Positions 57,650 through 64,000 of a stretch of DNA of 64,000 nt are shown piece after piece. The DNA is from Clostridia bacterium. Lineage in GTDB: Bacteria; Bacillota; Clostridia; Oscillospirales; CAG-272. Made by a program: the position numbers and the translations under genes. How positions within the stretch are numbered: position 1 is the first letter of the stretch; the number at the start of each line of letters is the position of its first letter. Location: contig JAFTKK010000040.1 in the NCBI GenBank assembly GCA_017453325.1, forward strand, positions 11,022 through 75,021. The letters are read 5' to 3'. Under the pieces are notes generated by a model. It saw nothing but the letters and a program-made list of their open reading frames with translations, did not search any database and was not told the origin of the DNA.

Positions 57650-58375
57650 TTATTTACCGTAATTGTCAAGAGCCTCCTGCTCCTTGCCCGTCAGCTCACG
57701 CGCAAGCCACGCGCTGTCGCGGTGGTAAAGGCGCAGCGTTCCGTAGGGCGTTGCCCCGTAATCCACAGCAGCCCCGTAATACACATCGAAATACACCACC
57801 AGCACATCCTCGGTAACGGTGACGTTATCAAAGGTATAAATAAAGTAGGTGTAAAGCGAGGTGGTGGTGACGGTATGAGAGGTGGGTAGGATGCGCTCCT
57901 TGCCGATGGTCTCGCTGCCGTCCTTATTGTCCGTTAAGTCATCGGGCGTGAGATCCTTGACGACTGCCAGGCTGACGTCATAGACCTCGGTGCCGCGGGC
58001 GGGACGCTCGGGCAGTGAAAAATCCTTGGCGGTGGCCTTTAAGGTGCTGTTGTTATAGCGGAAAAGCACCTGCATTTGCGCGGCCTCGGGGATATACACG
58101 AACTCGGGCACGGCAAAATAGCCGTAATTCTTCTCGCCCTTGGTGACGGTAGCCTGCTCCTGCGTTTGCAGCACAAGCCCCTCACCGTGCGTAGCATAGG
58201 CGGCGGCCAGCGCCTCATTCGGCACAAGCCCCTCCATTTCCCTCGGCACGTTATCGGAAAAATAGACGCGCCAGAGCAAAAAGAGCACCATAACAAGGAT
58301 CGCAAGCCCAACAAGGCCGTAAAGCAGCTTGCCTACGATCCACCAATAATAGCTTTTTCTCGGTTTTGCCATCAT
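57650..58375 (-). CDS. Hypothetical membrane-anchored protein
   Basis: RBS gaggtg; one N-terminal TM and an extracellular domain; codon usage like neighbouring genes. Confidence 0.7.
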   Translation of the reverse strand: MMAKPRKSYYWWIVGKLLYGLVGLAILVMVLFLLWRVYFSDNVPREMEGLVPNEALAAAYATHGEGLVLQTQEQATVTKGEKNYGYFAVPEFVYIPEAAQMQVLFRYNNSTLKATAKDFSLPERPARGTEVYDVSLAVVKDLTPDDLTDNKDGSETIGKERILPTSHTVTTTSLYTYFIYTFDNVTVTEDVLVVYFDVYYGAAVDYGATPYGTLRLYHRDSAWLARELTGKEQEALDNYGK

Positions 58376-58409
58376 ACACCTCTTCGTGCCACGGCGGCAC
58401 AAGCAAAAT

Positions 58410-60068
58410 TTATTTTCCCGCCTCGGCCGCCAGTTGGCGAAGCGTTAACATCACATTGTTTTCTCCCCTGCCGAAATAATCGTGCAGCTTTTTGTATTCC
58501 GCATATAGCTTATCGTAAACGGCGGTGGCGGCGGGATTGGGATGATATACCGTCTCACCGACACCCGACATGACTGCCGACGCCTCCTCATACGAGGCGA
58601 ACACGCCTGCCGCCATGGCGCCGTTGATGGCAGAGCCGAGGGCGGGCGCTTGCGAGGTTTTTGCAATGCGGATATCCATATTCAGCACGTCGGCATAGAG
58701 CTGCATGGTAAAGGGGTCCTTGCGTGCAATACCGCCCGAGACCACCAGCCCCGCGATCTCCACACCGCAGGCGCGGAAGTTCTCAAAAATATTGCGCGTG
58801 CCGAATGCCGTTGCCTCAATGAGCGCACGCATGAGATCCTCGGGTGCGGTACCGAGCGTCATACCCACAAACACACCCGAAAGATCGGAATTGCCCAGTA
58901 TGCAGCGGTTTCCGTTCCACCAATTGAGCGCCAGCACGCCCGAGGCGCCCGGTGCTTTCAGAGATGCCTTTTCGATCAGCAGGCGCAGCATGGAAATGCC
59001 GCGTGCCTTTGCCTCCTCCACGTAAGCGGGAGAGGTCAGCTTATCGGCGGCATAGGCAAAATGGTCACCAAGGCAGCAAAGCCCTGCCTCGTAGCCGAAA
59101 AGGCCGGGGACCACGCCGTTTGGCTGCACACCGCAAATACCGGGAACGGGGAGCTCGCGCTCACCCACCACGAAAAAGCACGCAGAGGTGCCAAGCACCG
59201 CGTACACGTCACCGTTTCGGCAAGCGGCAAGCGCGGGCGCTGCCACGTGTGCATCGGGTGCGGCAGCCGCAACCACAGTGCCCTCGGCAATGCCGAAGCG
59301 CTGCGCCGCCTCCCCCGTAACGCGACCGACGGGGGCACCCTGCGGCAGAATGGGATAGGGGAGTTTATCGCGCACCACGTGGCGCAGGCGCTCGTCAACG
59401 GCGGCAAAGAAGTCCTCGGTGGGGTAACCCTCGCCCAAGGTATATTGGCTCTTATACGCCGCAAACTGATAGGCACACGCGGGGGTACCCGTCAACTGAT
59501 AGGTGATCCAATCCCCCGCCTCCATAAAGGCGTACGCTGCGTCATAGACCGCAGGAGCTTCATCTAAGATCTGATAGATCTTGGGGAACATAAATTCCGA
59601 GGAAACAGCACCGCCCGCGCGTGTCAGCCAGCGCTCGCCACGGGCTCTTGCCACGGCATTGATGCGGTCTGCATAGGGCTGTGCGGCGTGGTGCTTCCAC
59701 ATCTTTACGTAGGCGTGCGGATCATGGGAAAAGGCCTCCTCAAAGCAAAGCGGCGTGCCGTCTGCGCGCACGGGCAGCATGGTGCAGCAGGTGAAATCCA
59801 CACCGATACCGACCACCTCTTCGGGGCTGACGCCCGCTTCCTTGATCACAGCAGGCAGCACAAAGGTCAACGCCGCAATATAATCGGCGGGGTCCTGCAG
59901 GGCATAATTAGCGGGTAAGCGCGCGCCGCTTGCCGCAAGGACGGTATCCATGACGGCGTGCGGGTATTCCATGGTGGCTTCCCCGAGCTCTTTGCCCGTT
60001 TTGGTATCCACCAAAACCGCGCGGCAGGAAAGTGAGCCGAAATCCACACCGATTGTATATGTTGCCAT
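58410..60068 (-). CDS. araB: Ribulokinase
   Basis: IGVDFGSLSCRA, ALQDP.DY, GVDFT.CT, YVKMWKHHAA, SSE..PK, WWNGNR, EATAFG. Confidence 0.88.
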   Translation of the reverse strand: MATYTIGVDFGSLSCRAVLVDTKTGKELGEATMEYPHAVMDTVLAASGARLPANYALQDPADYIAALTFVLPAVIKEAGVSPEEVVGIGVDFTCCTMLPVRADGTPLCFEEAFSHDPHAYVKMWKHHAAQPYADRINAVARARGERWLTRAGGAVSSEFMFPKIYQILDEAPAVYDAAYAFMEAGDWITYQLTGTPACAYQFAAYKSQYTLGEGYPTEDFFAAVDERLRHVVRDKLPYPILPQGAPVGRVTGEAAQRFGIAEGTVVAAAAPDAHVAAPALAACRNGDVYAVLGTSACFFVVGERELPVPGICGVQPNGVVPGLFGYEAGLCCLGDHFAYAADKLTSPAYVEEAKARGISMLRLLIEKASLKAPGASGVLALNWWNGNRCILGNSDLSGVFVGMTLGTAPEDLMRALIEATAFGTRNIFENFRACGVEIAGLVVSGGIARKDPFTMQLYADVLNMDIRIAKTSQAPALGSAINGAMAAGVFASYEEASAVMSGVGETVYHPNPAATAVYDKLYAEYKKLHDYFGRGENNVMLTLRQLAAEAGK

Positions 60069-60244
60069 TATTTTCTTGCCTCCGTAGAAGATTTCAGAGC
60101 GATATATTTTATTGTATAACAAATCCCCAAAAAAGTCAAATGATTTCTGTGTGAACGGGTATTTGGCGGTATTGGCAGATTTTACATTCTCCAAACGGCG
60201 GCACTTTATGCTAAAATAAAGAAAACGCCAAGGAGGACTACACC

Positions 60245-61579
60245 ATGAAGCGACTTTTCGCCGTGGGGTGTATCTCGCTGACGCTTCTTTGTACCGCGAC
60301 AACACCGCTTGCCGCGCTGACGCCTACATACACCGTAACCGGCACTTATCAATCATCACAATATTATAAAAATTTGCAAATGATCACCAAAACGGGTGAT
60401 GCCGCCTTTGATACCGTGGCTGCCGCCCTCTCGCAAACAGATTATCACGAGGGAAACAGCAAAACCGATTTTGACGGCAAAAACGGCTCGGGCACGAAAA
60501 ACTATACCGAATATAATCGCGCCATCGGCACCATCAACGGCTCTTATTCCTACGCATGGTGTGCAGCCTTTGCCTCCTGGTGCCTTGACGTGGCGGGCGC
60601 GAGAAACAGCGCGGGAGGCAGATTTACGAGCTGCACGCTCTGGGTCGAACGGCTGCAGGAGCTGGGGCTTTACAGCAAACGCGCCTCGGGCTATATTCCG
60701 AAAACGGGCGACCTGATCTTTTTCCGCTCGGCCGACACAACGCGCGCCTCGGATCACGTGGGGTTGGTGCGCTACGTGAAGGACGGACGCGTTTACACCG
60801 TGGAGGGCAACTCCTCAAACAAGGTCTCGCTGCGCGACTATTCCCTCACCGACACCTATATCGTCGGATACGGAAAGCCGCAATACGGGGGCGAAACATT
60901 GAGCCAAACACTCACCGAGATGGAGGACACGGCTGCGGGGCTTTACATGGTTACCAACGATTTTGTTAACGTGCGCGCCGCGGCATCGCAGAGCTCCGTG
61001 AAGCTTGGCGTTTTGTATCGCGGCACGCTCACCGAGGTCACCGAGATCGCGGACGGCTGGGGAAGGATCACCTACAACGGCAAAACCGCCTACATATCGC
61101 TTGATTACGCGGATTTTGTGACGCCCGTGTTTTACACCGTGCAATATGCCGCCGAGGAGGCTGAGAACTGCCCGCCGAAAAGCTCTTACTTCAGCTTTGA
61201 GCAGACCAAGGTGAGCGACACCGTGCCCCTGCGCGAGGGCTACCTCTTTGCGCATTGGCAGGATGCAAAGGGCAATAACTACGCGGCGGGCGACACGCTG
61301 CCGCAGGGGAACCTTACGCTCTCTGCTGTATTTACCCCCATTCCCGTAGTGGAGGAAACACCCGAGGAGCTGCCCGTACCCGAGACACCCGCCCCCGACG
61401 GGGAGGGTGAAAACGAGCATGTGCCCGGGGCGGGAGCACCCGAGGAGGAAACACCCATCACCCCCGCACCGGGGCATGACGAGCGCGCGTCGCGCGCTGC
61501 CGCCGAGGCCGGCACCGTTTCGGGTGTGCTGGCTGCCGTGGCGGGCATTTGGTGGTACGTGAGGAAAATGCTGATATGA
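60245..61579 (+). CDS. Secreted CHAP-domain cell-wall hydrolase with SH3b, InlB-B-repeat-like domain and C-terminal TM anchor
   Basis: Signal peptide; AWCAAFASWC, GDLIFF, HVGLV, TVEGN; VNVRAAAS...WGRITYNGKTAYIS; P.REGY.F.HW; Pro/Glu linker then hydrophobic helix and RK. Confidence 0.85.
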   Translation: MKRLFAVGCISLTLLCTATTPLAALTPTYTVTGTYQSSQYYKNLQMITKTGDAAFDTVAAALSQTDYHEGNSKTDFDGKNGSGTKNYTEYNRAIGTINGSYSYAWCAAFASWCLDVAGARNSAGGRFTSCTLWVERLQELGLYSKRASGYIPKTGDLIFFRSADTTRASDHVGLVRYVKDGRVYTVEGNSSNKVSLRDYSLTDTYIVGYGKPQYGGETLSQTLTEMEDTAAGLYMVTNDFVNVRAAASQSSVKLGVLYRGTLTEVTEIADGWGRITYNGKTAYISLDYADFVTPVFYTVQYAAEEAENCPPKSSYFSFEQTKVSDTVPLREGYLFAHWQDAKGNNYAAGDTLPQGNLTLSAVFTPIPVVEETPEELPVPETPAPDGEGENEHVPGAGAPEEETPITPAPGHDERASRAAAEAGTVSGVLAAVAGIWWYVRKMLI

Positions 61580-61773
61580 CATACAAACATAAATTATTGA
61601 AAGGCAAGAGGGCGGGTCCGCGTGCACCGCCCTTTTTTATTTGCGGACTTTGTCGCGCGGTGTTGATAAAAATTTTCTTTCATTTATCATACAACGCAGG
61701 GAAAATTCATGCGTTTGTCACATTTGACTGTTATAATAAATTATTATTTCATTGATTGAAGGAGGCGAACACC

Positions 61774-64000
61774 TTGCTTTCCCTGCGCGACATTGTTAAA
61801 ACCTATGTCTCGGGAGATACCGAGGTCACCGCGCTGCGCGGTGTAAATATCGACTTCAGAGAGCACGAATTTGTATCCATTCTCGGCCCCTCGGGCTGCG
61901 GAAAAACCACGCTTTTAAACGTCATCGGCGGTCTTGACCGCTACGACAGCGGCGACCTGGTGATCGGCGGACGCTCCACCAAGGAGTTTACCGACGCCGA
62001 CTGGGATACATACCGTAACCACTCGATCGGTTTTGTCTTTCAAAGCTACAACCTGATCATGCACCAAACCGTGCTTTCAAACGTCGAGTTGGCGCTGACC
62101 CTTTCGGGTGTTTCCCGCGAGGAGCGCCGTGCGCGTGCCATTGCCGCCCTTGAGCAGGTGGGCCTTGGCGACCAAATTCACAAAAAGCCCAACCAGATGT
62201 CGGGCGGTCAGATGCAGCGCGTGGCCATTGCCCGTGCGCTTGTCAACGACCCCGAGATCATTCTCGCCGACGAGCCGACGGGTGCACTTGACACGGTGAC
62301 CAGCGTGCAGATCATGGATATCCTCAAAAGCGTTTCCAAGGAAAAGCTGATCATCATGGTCACGCACAACCCAGACCTCGCCGAAACCTATTCCTCGCGC
62401 ATTATCAAGGTGCTTGACGGTAGGGTGACCGAGGACAGCAACCCTTACACCCCCGCAGAAGAGGCTGCCGCAGCACCCGAAAAAGACGCTGCCCCCGAAA
62501 AGAGCACCGCTCCCAAAGAAGTGAGAGAAGCGGCAAAGGTGGGGGAAGCTGTAAACAAAGGCAAGCGCTCGATGTCCTTTTTTACCGCGCTTTCCCTCTC
62601 CTTTAACAACCTGCTGACCAAAAAGACCCGCACACTGCTGGTCTCGGTGGCGGGCAGCATCGGTATCATCGGCATTGCGCTGATCTTGGCGCTTTCAAAC
62701 GGTGTAAATCTGTTTATCGCCACCGTGCAGGAGGACACCCTCTCGACCTATCCCCTCACCATCTATCAGGAGACGCAGGATATGTCCGCCATGCTCGGTG
62801 CCATGACCGCCACCGACAGCAACGCCGATTACTCGGATTCGGGCAAGATCCACGTGGACGATTCGCTCGGCACCATGATGTCGGCGATGAGCGCCACGGT
62901 CACCAACAACCTTGCCGCCTTTAAAAAATATATCGAAGACAATCCCGACAAATTTGAGGGGCTGGTCAACGATATTCAGTACACCTACGACTACAACCTG
63001 CAGGTCTTCAATATGGTTGCCGTTGATAAGGACGGCAACGTGGTGACCGAGGCACGCGAGATCGGTATGGACGTGGTATTCGACCATATGGGCTCCGCCT
63101 TTTCGGGCATGTCCGAGCTGATGGAAATGAGTGGCAGCATGGGCGGTATGAACGTCTTTTCCGAGATGATCAACAACCAAGACCTGCTTGACCAGCAATA
63201 CGACGTGATTGCGGGCTCCTGGCCGCAAGCCTACAACGAGGTGGTGCTGGTGGTGAGCTCGAACAACCAGATCGGCAAAATGACGATGTATATGCTGGGC
63301 ATGCTTGACCCCGCCAACATCGAAAAAGAGCTGGAAGACCTCATGGCCGGCAATTACAAGCCCGAGGAAAATCTTTCTTATAGCTTTGAGGAGCTGCTTG
63401 ACACCAAGTTTATGCTTCTCACCACCGCCGATTTCTTTGTCAAAACCAACACCACCTATCAAACCGACGGGGGCGATCAATACGTGTGGGCCGACGTGCG
63501 CGAGGGCTTTGACTTTGATAACACCGCCTTTGTCACCGAAAACGGCGTGGAGCTGAAGATCTCCGGCATCATCCGTCCCAAAAAGGGCGTGGCCGCCACA
63601 AGCGTGACGGGTGCCATCGGCTACACCAAAGAGCTGACCGATTACATTCTCGAGAAAAACGCGGGCAGCGAGGTCATCAATCAGCAAAAGCAGAACCCCA
63701 CCGTCAACGTCCTGACGGGTCTGCCCTTTGAGCGCACCCACTACACCCCCGAAAACATTCACGAGCTGGTGGATAAGATCGACGCCGCAACCATGGATAT
63801 GTTCTACGCCTATATGACGCAGCAGATCCTGACCAATCCCGATTTTGCCGACCGCATTGAGGTCACAGACACCGAGTCCTTCCTCGGTATGTTTATGCTG
63901 TTGCCCGAGGACGGGCGCGCAGCCATTGTCGAATCGATCCTCACTGCGGCAAAGGCTAACCCCGACAATACCGAGGGGCTCGGGCGGCTGTGCGACGCTT
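61774..64000 (+). CDS. MacB-like ABC transporter ATP-binding/permease fusion (runs off the window end; absent from the ORF track)
   Basis: TTG start with RBS aaggagg; translated by hand MLSLRDIVKTYVSGDTEVTALRGV..GPSGCGKT..IGFVFQSYNL..MSGGQMQRVAIARAL..ADEPTGALD, then RTLLVSVAGSIGIIGIALILALSNG. Confidence 0.9.
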   Translation, partial: MLSLRDIVKTYVSGDTEVTALRGVNIDFREHEFVSILGPSGCGKTTLLNVIGGLDRYDSGDLVIGGRSTKEFTDADWDTYRNHSIGFVFQSYNLIMHQTVLSNVELALTLSGVSREERRARAIAALEQVGLGDQIHKKPNQMSGGQMQRVAIARALVNDPEIILADEPTGALDTVTSVQIMDILKSVSKEKLIIMVTHNPDLAETYSSRIIKVLDGRVTEDSNPYTPAEEAAAAPEKDAAPEKSTAPKEVREAAKVGEAVNKGKRSMSFFTALSLSFNNLLTKKTRTLLVSVAGSIGIIGIALILALSNGVNLFIATVQEDTLSTYPLTIYQETQDMSAMLGAMTATDSNADYSDSGKIHVDDSLGTMMSAMSATVTNNLAAFKKYIEDNPDKFEGLVNDIQYTYDYNLQVFNMVAVDKDGNVVTEAREIGMDVVFDHMGSAFSGMSELMEMSGSMGGMNVFSEMINNQDLLDQQYDVIAGSWPQAYNEVVLVVSSNNQIGKMTMYMLGMLDPANIEKELEDLMAGNYKPEENLSYSFEELLDTKFMLLTTADFFVKTNTTYQTDGGDQYVWADVREGFDFDNTAFVTENGVELKISGIIRPKKGVAATSVTGAIGYTKELTDYILEKNAGSEVINQQKQNPTVNVLTGLPFERTHYTPENIHELVDKIDAATMDMFYAYMTQQILTNPDFADRIEVTDTESFLGMFMLLPEDGRAAIVESILTAAKANPDNTEGLGRLCDA

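Noticed and set aside
62452-62525. Short imperfect ~18-bp repeats (APEKDA/APEKST/APKE)
   Set aside because: Low-complexity linker between the NBD and permease domains; not a CRISPR array or VNTR system.
1-64000. CRISPR arrays, rRNA, complete tRNA, riboswitches, IS elements
   Set aside because: No regularly spaced repeats, cloverleafs, recognisable aptamers or transposase motifs were seen by eye; a covariance-model scan would be needed to exclude small RNAs.

Overview
GC-rich chromosomal DNA from a spore-forming Clostridia-type Firmicute (spoIIIA genes, sigma-E/sigma-G-like promoters, sigma-A TTGACA/TATAAT promoters). About 59 genes can be called. They include a ComM/YifB ATPase, a BspA-type LRR lipoprotein, a stand-alone spoIIIAH about 41 kb from spoIIIAA-AG, a MarR plus heterodimeric ABC exporter operon, and an AraC-controlled 9-gene catabolic operon (AGPS/YgcU-like flavoenzyme, CCG Fe-S protein, aldolase, PfkB kinase, IolB, FGGY kinase, NagB-like, NagA-like, fused EtfB-EtfA). 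Also present are GH36, GH78 and an unknown GH-like protein, pfkA-ldh, cinA, mrnC, a YhaO/YhaN pair, pdxK, ygiQ, araB, a CHAP hydrolase and a truncated MacB-like ABC fusion. No CRISPR array, rRNA, complete tRNA, transposase, integrase or prophage was seen. The most striking unexplained feature is a compact AT-rich divergent module (72-aa XRE repressor plus ~90-aa DUF6809-like protein) that occurs twice with the same promoter/operator layout but different recognition helices and different operator sequences. Three in-frame stop codons interrupt two otherwise intact genes. All family assignments come from motif recognition by eye, not from database searches.
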